From: an uncultured Acidobacteriota bacterium
GTDB taxonomy: Bacteria; Acidobacteriota; Thermoanaerobaculia; UBA5066; Gp7-AA6
NCBI GenBank assembly: GCA_963764715.1
Contig: CAVXTP010000006.1
Location: 1 to 64,000 of the forward strand
DNA: 64,000 nt
Direction of reading: 5' to 3'
The number at the start of each line of letters is the position of its first letter. Positions within the stretch are counted from its first letter, which is position 1. Below the pieces are notes generated by a model. The model saw only the letters and a list, made by a program, of their open reading frames with translations, was not told the DNA's origin and searched no databases. A program made the translations under genes and the position numbers. This document shows positions 22,559 to 33,836 of this stretch, piece after piece.

Positions 22559-23785
22559 ATGATTCCGGTCTGTCTCTACTTCCAGGTCCACCAGCCGCAC
22601 CGCCTTCGCCGGTACACGTACTTCGACGTCGGCCGCGAGCACCGCTACTTCGACGACGACGCCAACCGCGCGATCCTGTCACGGGTCGCCGAGCGGTCGT
22701 ACCGGCCCGCCACGGCGATGCTCGAGCGGCTCCTCGCGCGTCATGCCCGCTTTTCGGTGGCGTTCTCGCTTTCCGGGACGCTCCTCGAGCAGCTCTCGGC
22801 CTGGGCGCCGGACGTCCTCGCCGCCTTCCGGCGGCTGGCGTCGGACGAGCGCGTCGAGATCCTCGCGGAGACGTCGCACCATTCGCTCGCCTGGCTCGCG
22901 TCGCTCGAAGAATTCGACGCGCAGGTCGCCCTTCACCGGGCCACGGTCGCAGAGATCTTCGGCCGCGAGCCGCGGGTCTTCCGCAACACGGAGCTCATCT
23001 ACTCCGACGCCCTCGCGGCGCACCTGGAGAAGCGCGGATACCGGGGCGTGCTCGCCGACGGCGTCGAGCCCCTGACCGGGCCGCGCTCGGCCCGCGGCGT
23101 CTTCCGGGCCGCGACGCCCGGCGGCCTGCCGCTTCTCCTTCGGGATTACCGCCTGTCCGACGACATCGCCTTCCGCTTCTCGAACCGGTCCTGGAGCGAG
23201 TGGCCGCTGACGCCCGAGAAGTACGACCGCTGGATCTCCCGGCTCGACGGCGAGCTCCTCTCGCTCTTCATGGACTTCGAGACTTTCGGCGAGCACCAGG
23301 GCCGGGGGACCGGCATCTTCGAGTTCTTCGAGGCCTGGGTCGGCCGGCACCTCGAGCACCCCGGGGACGGTTTCCTGACGCCTTCCCGGGCGATCGCGGA
23401 GCCGGCCGCACGGCGACCGGCTCTCCGTCCCCGCACGCTGTCCTGGGCCGACGAGGCGCGGGACGTGTCCGCCTGGCAGGGCAACGACCTCCAGCGCGAC
23501 GCCCTGAAGCGGCTCTTCGCGCTCGAGTCGCGGGTCCGGGCGGCCGGCTCGCCGGACCTTCTCTCGGACTTCCGGCGGCTGACGACCTCGGACCACTTCT
23601 ATTACATGGCGACGAAGGCCGCGGAGGACGGAGAGGTGCACGCGTATTTCTCGCCCCACGAATCGCCGTACGAGGCGTACATTGCCTTCATGCACGTGCT
23701 GTCGGACCTCGAGCGGCGCCTCCCCCGCCCGACCCGCCGGCCCTCCGCCGCGGCCGCGCCCGGCCGCGCCCCCGCCCGCCTTTGA
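22559..23785 (+). CDS. GH57 family alpha-amylase
   Basis: YFQVHQPHRL, FRNTELIY, LSDDIAFRFS, FMDFETFGEHQ, TSDHFYYM. Confidence 0.92.
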   Translation: MIPVCLYFQVHQPHRLRRYTYFDVGREHRYFDDDANRAILSRVAERSYRPATAMLERLLARHARFSVAFSLSGTLLEQLSAWAPDVLAAFRRLASDERVEILAETSHHSLAWLASLEEFDAQVALHRATVAEIFGREPRVFRNTELIYSDALAAHLEKRGYRGVLADGVEPLTGPRSARGVFRAATPGGLPLLLRDYRLSDDIAFRFSNRSWSEWPLTPEKYDRWISRLDGELLSLFMDFETFGEHQGRGTGIFEFFEAWVGRHLEHPGDGFLTPSRAIAEPAARRPALRPRTLSWADEARDVSAWQGNDLQRDALKRLFALESRVRAAGSPDLLSDFRRLTTSDHFYYMATKAAEDGEVHAYFSPHESPYEAYIAFMHVLSDLERRLPRPTRRPSAAAAPGRAPARL

Positions 23786-25314
23786 AGAAGGCGACCCCGG
23801 TCTTCCTCCTCGTCTGCGACGGCTGGGGCCACGCTCCGCCTTCGCCCGGAAACGCCATCACGCTGGCGCGCACGCCGATCTACGACCGGTGGCTCGCGGA
23901 ATACCCCTGGACGCTCCTCGAGGCCTCCGGCGAGGCGGTGGGCCTTCCCGCCGGCGTGATGGGCAACTCCGAGGTGGGACACCTGACGCTCGGCGCGGGA
24001 CGCATGGTGCCGCAGGACCTCCTCCGGATCGACCTCGCGCTGCGCGACGGCTCGTTCGACGAGAATCCCGCGCTGCTCGGGGCCTGCGCGGCCGCGCGGC
24101 GCCGCGGCGCGACGCTCCACGTGATGGGCCTTCTCTCCGACGGCGGGGTCCACTCGCACGAGCGCCATCTCGAAGGGCTGCTGCGGCTCGCCGCGCGGGA
24201 GGGGGTGCCCCGCGTGCGGATCCATGCCTTCACCGACGGACGCGACACGCCGCCGAAATCCGCCGAGCGTTACCTCGCCCGGCTCGAGGCCATGCTCGAT
24301 CCGTCGACCATGAAGATCGCGACCGTCTCCGGCCGCTACTACGCCATGGACCGCGACAAGCGATGGGACCGGGTCGCCCGCGCGTACGCGGCCCTCGTTT
24401 TTTCGTCCGGCCTCCGGGCGGGCAGCGCCGCCGAAGCGGTCGCCGAGGCCTACGCCCGGGGCGAGTCCGACGAGTTCATTCAGCCGACCGTCCTCGTCGA
24501 GGACGGTGAGCCCGTCGGCCCGATCCACGACGGCGACGCCGTCGTCTTCTTCAACTTCCGCGCGGACCGCGCCCGGCAGATCACGCGGGCGTTGACGGAG
24601 CCCGGGTTCGCGGACTTTCCGCGGCCGAAGCCGCCCCGGATTCACTTCGTGGGCTTCACCGAGTACAAGAAGGACTTCGGCCTGCCGGCGGCCTTCCCGC
24701 CGCAGGACCTCGTCCACATCCTCGCGGACGTGTGGGCCGCGGCCGGCGTCGAGAACCTGCGCCTGGCCGAGACCGAGAAGTACGCGCACGTGACCTACTT
24801 CTTCAACGGCGGCGTCGAGAAGGCCTATCCCGGCGAAGAGCGCATCCTCGTCCCCTCCTGGAAGGGCGCGACCTACGACCTGCACCCGCAGATGAGCGCG
24901 GCGGAGATCACCGAGGAAGCCGTCCGCGCCCTGGCGGCGCGCCGGCACGACGCGTACGTCGTCAATTTCGCCAACGCCGACATGGTCGGCCACACCGGCA
25001 AGCTCCCGGAAACGATCGCGGCCGTCGAGACGCTCGACCGATGCCTCGGCATCCTCGAGGCGGCCTGCCGCGACGCGGGCGTGGTGCTGGCGATGACGGC
25101 CGACCACGGCAACGCCGAGCAGATGCTCGACCCGGTGACGGGAGAGCCGCACACGGCGCACACGACCAACCCGGTCCCGTTCGTCGTCTGTCGCCCGGGA
25201 CCGGCCCTCGCGTCGGGGGGAACGCTCGCGGACGTCGCGCCCACGCTCCTCGGGCTCCAGGGCCTGAAGGCGCCGCTGGAGATGAAGGGGCGGGACCTCC
25301 TCCACTCGACCTAG
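23782..25314 (+). CDS. gpmI: 2,3-bisphosphoglycerate-independent phosphoglycerate mutase
   Basis: DGWG, MGNSEVGH, DGGVHSH, GRYYAMDRD, AETEKYAHVT, NADMVGHTG, ADHGNAE. Confidence 0.96.
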   Translation: MKKATPVFLLVCDGWGHAPPSPGNAITLARTPIYDRWLAEYPWTLLEASGEAVGLPAGVMGNSEVGHLTLGAGRMVPQDLLRIDLALRDGSFDENPALLGACAAARRRGATLHVMGLLSDGGVHSHERHLEGLLRLAAREGVPRVRIHAFTDGRDTPPKSAERYLARLEAMLDPSTMKIATVSGRYYAMDRDKRWDRVARAYAALVFSSGLRAGSAAEAVAEAYARGESDEFIQPTVLVEDGEPVGPIHDGDAVVFFNFRADRARQITRALTEPGFADFPRPKPPRIHFVGFTEYKKDFGLPAAFPPQDLVHILADVWAAAGVENLRLAETEKYAHVTYFFNGGVEKAYPGEERILVPSWKGATYDLHPQMSAAEITEEAVRALAARRHDAYVVNFANADMVGHTGKLPETIAAVETLDRCLGILEAACRDAGVVLAMTADHGNAEQMLDPVTGEPHTAHTTNPVPFVVCRPGPALASGGTLADVAPTLLGLQGLKAPLEMKGRDLLHST

Positions 25315-25509
25315 CTGTGGATTCTCAACACGTTGTTCATGGCCACGATCGGGCTGGGCGGCCTTCCCCCCTCCCGGCGGGAGCCGTCCACCAGAGGCAG
25401 GCCCGCCGCCGTAGGCAACGCCGGCGTACGCCGGCGGTATCGGGTCGGGGTGAGGGGCACTCCCCGCTCGATCGGCCCACAACGATTCTCATCTGGCCAG
25501 TGGTCCCAA

Positions 25510-25550
25510 CCCCCTCACCCTGCCCTCTCCCCCTTTCGGGGGGGAGAGGG
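25510..25550. repeat. REP-like palindromic element / possible bidirectional terminator between convergent genes
   Basis: ccccctcaccctgccctctcccccc-type arm, TTCG-containing loop, ggggggagaggg arm; resembles the widespread CCCTCACCC..CCCTCTCCC..GGGAGAGGG repeat. Confidence 0.6.
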
Positions 25551-25613
25551 TTCTCTTACTTGACGCCCACCGGTGAACAATGTCCTGAGAAACGACAACT
25601 AGCCGCTCTCGGC

Positions 25614-27795
25614 CTAGCCCGTGGCCTTGCGCTCCCGGGCCGTCGGGAAGAGCCGCTTCGCCTCGACGCGGAGGCGCGCCGCGGAGATCGCATCGCCGAG
25701 AATCTCGTACGTCTGGCTGGCCGCGAAGTAGGCCTCGGGAGTGCCGAGCTGCCGGACGAGCTCGGTCAAGGCCAGGCGCGCTTCCGTCTCGCGACCCTCG
25801 CTCGCGTAGAGCATCGCGAGCGCGGCTCGCGGCGCGGGGTTGCCCGGAAAGAGTCGGATCTCCTCGCGAAAGGCAGCCTCCGCGTCGGGCGCGCGCCCGA
25901 GGCGCGCGAGGCAGTCCCCGCGGAGGAACTGCAGATTCTGGAGCGTGACGCCGGTCTCCCCCGCGCGGCCCCGCGCCGCCTCGTCGAGCTCCGCGAGGGC
26001 GCCGCGATAGTCCCGCCGGTCGTGCAGGACGCGGCCCAGGATCATCCGCGGGACCCGGCGCGTCGGATAACGGGCGATCGCGGCGCGGGCCTCGCGCTCG
26101 GCGGTCGCGAGGTCCCCTTCGGCGAGCGCGATCCGGGCGAGGTTCTCGTGCCCGCTCGCCGTCCCCGCCTCGCCGAGAAGCTCGGCGTGCCGGCGCGCCT
26201 GCGCGAAGTCCCCCGTGATCGTGAAGTAGTCGGCGAGCGCCATGAGGACCTGGGGATTTCCGGGAGACAGCTTCGCCGCCGTCTGCAGGGCCTCGAGCGC
26301 TTCCTTTTCGCGGCCCAGCTTCATGAGGGCGTCGGAGTACATCTGCCAGACGTCCGTCATTCCGGGCTCGGTCTGGAGGAGCTTCGAGAGGACCCTCGCG
26401 GCCTCCTCGTAGCGCCCGGCCTGCAGGGCGCCGAACCCGGCCTTGAGCTGCTCGACGGCGCCGATGCGGTCGCGCGGCGCGGGCAGGTCCTTCTTCGCGA
26501 AGTCGGCGGTCGAGGCGCTGATGTAGCCGAGCGCGGCGAGCTTCTTGACCTGCTCCGGGTCCGAGCCTCCGGGCGGCTGGAGCGGACGGGGAATCCGCGC
26601 GAGCTCCGCACGCATGGAGCGGAAGGCCGGCGGCAGGCCCGCGGACAGGTCGTTCTTCTCGCCGGGATCGGCGACGAGGTCGTAGAGCTCGGGACGGGGA
26701 GACTCGATGTACTGGTGAGCCCGAATCGACGAGCGACGCCAGGTCGCTCCAGCCCAGGTGCAGCCGCGGATAGAGCGTCTCCCCGTAAATGCGGCGCTCA
26801 GGGGCGCCCGCCGCCGGCGACGGCGTCAGGAGCGGCCGCCCGGCGAGACCCGGCGGGACCGGCAGGCCCGCGACGGCCGCGACGGTCGGGAAGACGTCGG
26901 TCAGGGCGACCGGCCCCTTCACGGTCTCGCCGGCACGGTGCGAGCGCGGCAGCTTGATCATCAGGGGAACGTGAATCGCTTCGCGGTAGAGGAGAACGCC
27001 GTGCTCGTCCTCGCCGTGGTCGTTGAGCCCCTCTCCGTGGTCCGACAGGAAGACGACGAGGGCCCGGTCGTAGACGTCCTGGTCCTTGAGGTACTTCAGG
27101 AACGAGCCGACGATCTCGTCGGCCCGCGCGATCTCGCCGTCGTAGGGCAGCTTGTACCGGCTGGCGTAGGGCTCCGGCGGCTCGTACGGCGAATGAGGCT
27201 CGAAGAGATGAAGGAACGCGAAGAACGGGGCGTCGGCGCGCGGGCCGATCCAGTCCTCCAGCAGCGCGGCCGTCTCGCCCCCGTTGCGCTGGACCCGGGA
27301 CAGCGTCTGGCTCGTCTTCGTCGGCTCGACGTTGTCCTCGTAGAAGTCGAAGCCCCGCGAGACTCCGGTCGCGTGGGACAGCACGATCGAGGACACCGCG
27401 CCGCCGGTGGCGTAGCCCTTCGCCTTCAGGTATCCGGCGAGCGTCGGCGGCCCCGCCGACAGCGCATAGCCGAGGTTGTCGCGCACGCCGTTCTGCGGCG
27501 GCAGCAGGCCGGTGAAGATCGTCGTGTGGGAAGGCAGCGTCAGCGGAACGTGGGAGTACGCGTTCTCGAAGAGGACGGCGTCGCGGCGGAAGGCGTCGAG
27601 GTTCGGCGTCTCGACCGACCGGTAGCCGTACGCCGGCAGGTGATCGGCCCGCAGCGTGTCGACCGAGATGATCACGACCGGGGCCCCGCGGAATACGGCC
27701 CTGTCCTCCCGTCGGCAGCCGGCGAGCCCGCCCGCGACCGCCAACGCCGCGGCGAGGGCGACGGCCGCCCCCCGGTGTTTCGACTCTGCTAGCAT
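25614..27795 (-). CDS. Sulfatase-like (alkaline phosphatase superfamily) lipoprotein with C-terminal TPRs (frameshift near 26720)
   Basis: Lipobox LAGC; IISVDTLRADH, TLPSH, HLFEPHSPY, SDHGEGL; TPR helices in ORF 25614-26615; start uncertain. Confidence 0.85.
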
Positions 27796-27802
27796 CCGCG
27801 CC

Positions 27803-28878
27803 ATGCCGACTCCGCGTGAAATCTATCTCCGACGGCTCGAGACCGTGCGGGAGCGCCTCCGGTCGGTCCCCGCCGACGGCCTCTTCGCGACACCGTCTTC
27901 CAACCTCTTCTACCTGACCGGCATCGACTTTCACCGCAGCGAACGCCTGACCGCCCTGTTTCTCTTCCGGGACCGCGATCCCGTCGTCGTCTGCCCCGCC
28001 TTCGAGGCCGCGCGGCTGAAGGGCATGTCGGCCGTCGGCGAGGTCGTGACCTGGGAAGAGACCGGCGACGCCTGGTCGACCGCCGCGAAGCTCTTCCCGG
28101 CCTCGGCCGGCACGCTCGCCGTGGAGCCCTCCACCGCCTACGACGACGTCGAGCGGCTGCTCTCGGCGCGGCCCGGCTGGAAGCCCGTCTCCGCTGCGGG
28201 GCTCTTCGGCGCCCTCCGGATGATCAAGACCCCGGACGAGATCCAGCTGATGCGGAAAGCGATCGAGGTGGCCCTTCCCCGCTTCCGTCGGGCTTTCGAG
28301 TCGCTCCGGCCCGGCGCGACGGAGGCCGAGATCTCCCACGCCTTCGGCGGCGAAAACGTCGTCCAGTTCGGGCCGTCCTCGGCCTTTCCGCACGGCGCCT
28401 CGGGACCCGACCGCGCTCTCGAAGAACCAGGCCGTCCTGATCGACGCCTGGGACAAGCCCGACGGCTACTACTACGACATCACGCGCTCGACCTTACTTC
28501 GGGAGTCCCACCGACGAGTACCGCAAGGTCTGGTCGATCGTCCTCGAGGCCCAGGGCGCGGCGATCGAAAAGGCGGCGCCGGGCGTGCCCTGCTTCGAGG
28601 TCGATGCGGCGGCCCGGCGGGTGATCGAGAAGGCCGGGTACGGCGACTACTTCACGCACCGCCTCGGCCACGGTCTCGGAATCGACGTCCACGAGCCGCC
28701 GTACATGGTGGGCCACGACCGCACCGTCCTCGAGCCCGGCATGACGTTCACCTCGGAGCCCGGCATCTATCTGCCCGGAAAATTCGGCGTTCGCATCGAG
28801 GACGACATCGTCTGTACGGCGCGCGGTGCGGAGTCGCTGTCGCCCCGCGTCGAGCGGCTGGACCCGCTGCCGGCCTGA
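27803..28878 (+). CDS. Xaa-Pro peptidase, M24 family (frameshifts about 28430-28510)
   Basis: Creatinase-like N-terminus, [47 protein letters not shown]. Confidence 0.9.
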
Positions 28879-28987
28879 GCGGATGCGCCCGCGCGACGGC
28901 GGCACGGCTTCGTCCCGCGAATCGCCGGTTTCGTCCCCGGCCGATCCCCGCGCCAGCGGAAGGCGATACCGTCTTCATGGAGACGTT

Positions 28988-29644
28988 ATGACCTTCCGAT
29001 TTGGAAACTTCACGCTCGATACGGACTGCCGGGCGCTGACCCGGGACGGACGCAACGTCGCGATCTCGCCCAAGGCCTTCAAGCTCCTCCAGGTGCTCCT
29101 CGAAGGCCGGCCGAGGGCGATCCCCAAGGCCGAGCTGCACCAGCGGCTCTGGCCGGACACGATCGTGTCGGAGGTCAACCTCCCGACGCTGATCGCCGAG
29201 ATCCGGCAGGCGATCGGCGACGGGGCCCGCGCGCCGGAATTCATCCGCACCGTCTACGGCTACGGCTACGCGTTCTCCGGTGCCGCCACGACGGTCAAGG
29301 GCGAGGGCTCCCGGTCCTCCAACGGAGACCAGATCTTCCGGCTCCTCTGGGGACAGCGCGAGGTCGCGCTCGGCGACGGGGAGAACATCCTCGGCCGCGG
29401 CAACGACTCGCTCGTCTGGATCGACTCGAAGAGCGTTTCGCGGCGCCACGCGCGCGTGCTGATCGACATGGGCCTGGCGACCCTCGAAGACCTCGGCTCG
29501 AAGAACGGCACGTTCGTCAACGGGATCAAGCTCTCGCAGCCGATCGCGCTGCGGGACGGCGACGAGCTCCGGATCGGCAGCGTCCCGATGGTCATGAAGA
29601 TCATCTCCAAGCCCCACACGAGCGAGACCGCGACGGGCTACTGA
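28988..29644 (+). CDS. OmpR/CadC-type winged-helix DNA-binding protein with C-terminal FHA domain
   Basis: FRFGNFTLD, LWPDTIVSE, IRTVYGYGYAF; FHA motifs LGR, VSRRHA, DLGSKNGTFVNG. Confidence 0.9.
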   Translation: MTFRFGNFTLDTDCRALTRDGRNVAISPKAFKLLQVLLEGRPRAIPKAELHQRLWPDTIVSEVNLPTLIAEIRQAIGDGARAPEFIRTVYGYGYAFSGAATTVKGEGSRSSNGDQIFRLLWGQREVALGDGENILGRGNDSLVWIDSKSVSRRHARVLIDMGLATLEDLGSKNGTFVNGIKLSQPIALRDGDELRIGSVPMVMKIISKPHTSETATGY

Positions 29645-29663
29645 CCCGCCGGGCCTCGGCGGC

Positions 29664-31021
29664 ATGAGCGCCCGCGGACGGGCGCGCGCGTTCGCCGTTC
29701 TCGTCTTCCCGTTCTTCCTCGTCGCGGGCGCGCTGCCGGCCCAGGAGACCACCCTTCCCGACGCCGAGGAGGCCGCCGACTTCGCGCGGCGCTCCGCGTC
29801 GGCGGCGCTCCACGGGCCGCCGAAGATCTTCTTCGAGTCCCTCGACGCGGACGCCGTCCTGCGCCGGATCCTCGGGGCACCTGTCTGGGGCGGGCTGACG
29901 GACCGGCAGAAGGCGCTCCTCGCCGCGACGGCCCGGGATCACTTCGCCCGCGCCCTCGCCGCCCCGTCCAACACGACTTCCGAAGTCGCCTGGGCCGCTC
30001 TCCCCGGCGTGCCGGGACCGCCCGTCCTCGTGGACCTGGGCCTGCGCTACGGGGGAAGCGTGCTCAAGACGCGATGGGAGGTTCGGCGCGGCCCGCGGGG
30101 CTGGAAGGTCGAGGACGTCGTCCTCGTCGACCCGGGCCTCTCGCTCGCCGGGGAGCTCGGGCGGCTCCTCGGACCCGAGCCGCTGAGGCGCCGCGAGGGC
30201 GCCGCGGAGGCCCGGTCGAGGGCCTGGCCGCGCCTGGCGGGGCTCGTCGCCATCGTGGCCGTCCTCCTCGTCTTCGGCCGGAAACTCCCGGCCGAGCGCC
30301 GCCGCCTTCTGTGGCTCGCGGCGGCCGTGCCGGCCGTTCTCTTCGCCGTCGACGGCATTCTCGCCATCCGGCGCACTCTCTCGGAGCCATTCGCGCTCGC
30401 GGAAGCTTCCCCCAGCCCTGGCGCCCGTTCGAGGAAGCGGCCCGTCAGGCGCAGCGCGAAGGCGACGCCGCCGCCACACGGGCGGCCTGGACGAAGGCCC
30501 TCGAGGCGGGCGCCCCGCGGGCGCCGATCGAGTACCAGAAAGGGCTCGCCGCGCGGTCGGCCGGCGAGCCCGAGGCCGCCCGCGCCGACTTCGAGCGCGC
30601 CCTGGCCGACGATCCCCCCGCGCCCGGGGCCGCCAAGGAGCTCGCGGTCATGGCCCTCGCCGAGGGCCGCAACGCCGAGGCGCGCACGCTCCTGACGCGG
30701 TACCTCCGGGAGGCGGGCCCGGATCCGGACACGCTCTCGACGCTCGCCGTCGTCGAGTCGAACCTCGGCGATACGCCGGCCGCGGTGCGCGCCATCCGCG
30801 AGGCCCGGTCGCTCCTGCCCGAGGGCTGGAAGCGCGCGGAGCTCGAAGCCCAGATCTACGCGCGCGCGGGCAACGCCGCAGCGGCGATCGCGGCGCTTCG
30901 CCCGCTCGCCGCGGACGGCCATCTCGACCGGCGGGCGCTGCGAAGCGACCCCGCCTATCTCGCGATCGCGACGGACCCGGGCTGGGTCGCGTTCCTGGGC
31001 GAGGAGACGGCGGCCCCTTAG
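29664..31021 (+). CDS. Exported/membrane protein, N-terminal MlaC-like region, TM helices, C-terminal TPRs (frameshift near 30410)
   Basis: Signal peptide; GWKVEDVV motif; two hydrophobic helices; TPR helices in ORF 30074-31021. Confidence 0.6.
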
Positions 31022-31042
31022 CGGCGGGGTCGGCCGGCGGCC

Positions 31043-32006
31043 CTACCGAATCGACTTCAGGAGGTCCTTGATGTCCCTGGCGTCGGGGCCGTCGGGGGCG
31101 AGCTCCAGCGCCTTCTGGAAATCGGCCTTGGCCTCGGCGTTCTTCTTCTGCTGGAGCTCGGCGAGCCCCCGGTAATAGTAGGCGGTCGCGTCCGGCTTGA
31201 CCCCGATCGCCTTGTCGAAGGCGGCCACGGCGTCGGGCAGCTTCTTCGCGTTGTAGAGCAGGATCCCGGCATTCAGATACAGGGCCGGGTCGAGGATCCT
31301 CTCCCGAGGCAATTTGTCGAGGGCCGCGAGCCCGGCCTCGGCGTTGCCCTTTTCGATCTCGACCTCGGCGATGATCTGCCACGGCTGGGTGTCGGCCGGC
31401 GCTTTTTCCGAGGCCATCCGCGCGTACCGGAGGGCCTCGTCCTTGTTGCCCTCGGCGAGGTACGCAACCGCGACGCGCTCGATGAGCGCCGTGTTGTCGG
31501 GGAGCTCGACGAGCGCCTTGACGTAGTTCTCGCGCGCGACGGGCCAGTTCTGGGCGCTCATGGCCGCGTTCCCGGCCTGGATCGACTGGGCGGTGTCCTT
31601 CGAGATCTTCTGGCCCCCGACGAGGATCTCCTGCGTCGGGGCCGGGGCTGCGATCGCCTGGGGCGCCGGCTCGAGGACGACTTCGACCGTGTCGTTGCGG
31701 TTGGTCTCCTGGAGCGTGATCTGGATCTGCTTCTTCTTGTACCCGGGCGCCTCGAAATCGAGGTCCCAGGGCCCGCCCGCGAGCCCGAAGATCGCCCACT
31801 TGCCCTTCGCGTCCGTCTTCTGGTCGGGCCCGCCGTGCCCGCTCTTGCCCCAGCGCAGCCTCACGACGCAGCCGTCGACCGGTTCGCCCTTGTCGTTCTT
31901 GACCTGGCCGTCGACGCGCGCCCTGCCGCGCCACTCCTGGGCGGCGAGCGGCAGGAGCGAGAATGAGAGCGAGCGCGGCCACCAGGAACGTCGAGCGATG
32001 ACGCAT
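31043..32006 (-). CDS. Secreted carboxypeptidase-regulatory-like domain + TPR protein (frameshift near 31975)
   Basis: MRHRSTFLVAALAL.. signal; GQVKNDKGEPVDG, TDAKGKWAIFGL, APGY; TPR motifs AYYYRGLAE, DFQKALELAP. Confidence 0.8.
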
Positions 32007-32081
32007 GCGGGGGCCTCCTGCGGGAGAGAAAGTATATGGGGAGCGAGACGCGGACGCGCGGACCGCGATCGCGCGCCGCCG

Positions 32082-33836
32082 TCAGCGTCTGCCGCCCGAC
32101 GATGCCTTCGCGGCACCGTCCCCCGCCGATCCGCCGTAGAAGTCGATGAGCGCGTCGACGAGCGCCTCGGCCACCTTTTCGCGGTAGGCCCGGGTGCGCA
32201 ACAGCTTCCGGTCGTCGGGATTGTTGAGATTGCAGATCTCGACGAGGATTCGGGCCGGGATGCGGTTGTACCGAAGGATCGCCGGCACCCACTCGCGCCC
32301 CCCGCGGATGACGTTGCGCCGCACCGGCTGGAAGGCGTGGAGCGGCAGGCCCGCCTCGCGGAAGGCGGCCACGACGCGGTCGGCGAGGTCCTGCGAGACG
32401 CCTTCGGCGGCGACCCTCTCGCGGCGCGAGAACGACACCTTCGGAGACTCGCGGACCTCGCGCCGCGACGTGTACGGCTCACCCGTCTTCTGGAAGGAGC
32501 CGTCGAGGAACTTCTCGCCGGGAACGTAGATCATCGTGCCGCGCACGGCGGGGTGGAGCGAGTCCGCGTGAAGCGACAGGAAGACCGTGCGGTCCTCCTG
32601 GCCTCCGTTCTTCTCGACGTTGCGGAAGACCGAGTTGGCGAGGTACCACCGGAAGTTCACTCCGGCGACCGAGTCCTCGATCGGATACGGCGGCGTCGTC
32701 AGCACGCGCGCGCTGCGGAACTCGGCCACCCCGTCCGACCGGGCGGCGGCGCACGGGGCGTCGCGGCCGACGGTGGGCACGACGCGGGCCTTCGTTCGGT
32801 CGCGGACCCGCCGTTCGACTCGGCACGCAATGTCGTAGACGTAGGCCGCCTCCTGCATCCCGTCGACGATGGCGCCGGTGTCGCGGCCCCCGTGGCCCGC
32901 GTCGAGGACGACCGTCACGCCCGAGAGATCGGCCGTCCGAACGGTGTTGGCGAACTGGGCGGCCTCGAGCCGGGCTTTCTCTTCCTCGATCCGCGCCGGA
33001 TCGTCCGGCGGCCGGAACTCCGGCGCGAGGTCGGCGATCGGGATCTTGATCGCGAACCCGACGGGGATCGAGCGCACGTCGTCGATCCCGCTGCGGGCTG
33101 CGATCTCGGCCGCTTTCGCGTTGACGTCCTCGGCGTGGACGCGGCCCGTGAACCGCACGACGACCGCCGAGTACAGGGCTTCGCCCTTCTGCAGGCGGTA
33201 CAGGGCGTAACGGCCCGCGGCGTCGGAGGCGAACTCGAGCGGTGGAGGCGTCTCGGCGGCCGGCGCGGCGGCGTCGACGGCCTCACGGAAGGCGTGGGTC
33301 AGGAGCCGGCCGGGGACCACCACGACCTGGCCGTCCCGGGTTTCGAGCGACGCGATCGCGCCCTCCTTCCGAAGGAGGCGGTAGTTCGTGCCGTCCGCCG
33401 TGAACCACTCGGCGATCCGCCAGAGGCTCTCGGGCGATCCCGTCAGGCCCGTCACGCGATGCTCCCAGCCCGACGTCGTTGCCCGGTCCTCCGGATACAG
33501 CGCTTCGATCGCGATCTTCCGGAAGCTTTGCGAGAGCAGGCGGTACGGGACGCGGACGTAGCGGTCGGTGCGGAGACGCCGGAGCCCTCCGTTGCCCTGG
33601 AGGATCTCCTTCTTGGTCTTCGGGTCCTCGGTCAGGCGCTTGACGAAGGCGTCGACGCCCTCGCCGGGAAGCGGCCGGGCCGCGAGCGAGATTTCGTCGC
33701 CCGAAGCGATCGTGACGCGAATCTCGGGCGACACGACGACGGTCTTCTCCCGCGCCGACACCGGAGTCGCGACGACGACGGCTCCGAGGAGCGCCGCCGC
33801 GAGGCGCGTCCTAGTCCGAGACGGGGGCAAGCGCAT
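32082..33836 (-). CDS. N-acetylmuramoyl-L-alanine amidase (Amidase_3) with long N-terminal region
   Basis: VVLDAGHGGRDTGA, FLSLHAD, ILVEICNL; signal peptide. Confidence 0.85.
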   Translation of the reverse strand: MRLPPSRTRTRLAAALLGAVVVATPVSAREKTVVVSPEIRVTIASGDEISLAARPLPGEGVDAFVKRLTEDPKTKKEILQGNGGLRRLRTDRYVRVPYRLLSQSFRKIAIEALYPEDRATTSGWEHRVTGLTGSPESLWRIAEWFTADGTNYRLLRKEGAIASLETRDGQVVVVPGRLLTHAFREAVDAAAPAAETPPPLEFASDAAGRYALYRLQKGEALYSAVVVRFTGRVHAEDVNAKAAEIAARSGIDDVRSIPVGFAIKIPIADLAPEFRPPDDPARIEEEKARLEAAQFANTVRTADLSGVTVVLDAGHGGRDTGAIVDGMQEAAYVYDIACRVERRVRDRTKARVVPTVGRDAPCAAARSDGVAEFRSARVLTTPPYPIEDSVAGVNFRWYLANSVFRNVEKNGGQEDRTVFLSLHADSLHPAVRGTMIYVPGEKFLDGSFQKTGEPYTSRREVRESPKVSFSRRERVAAEGVSQDLADRVVAAFREAGLPLHAFQPVRRNVIRGGREWVPAILRYNRIPARILVEICNLNNPDDRKLLRTRAYREKVAEALVDALIDFYGGSAGDGAAKASSGGRR

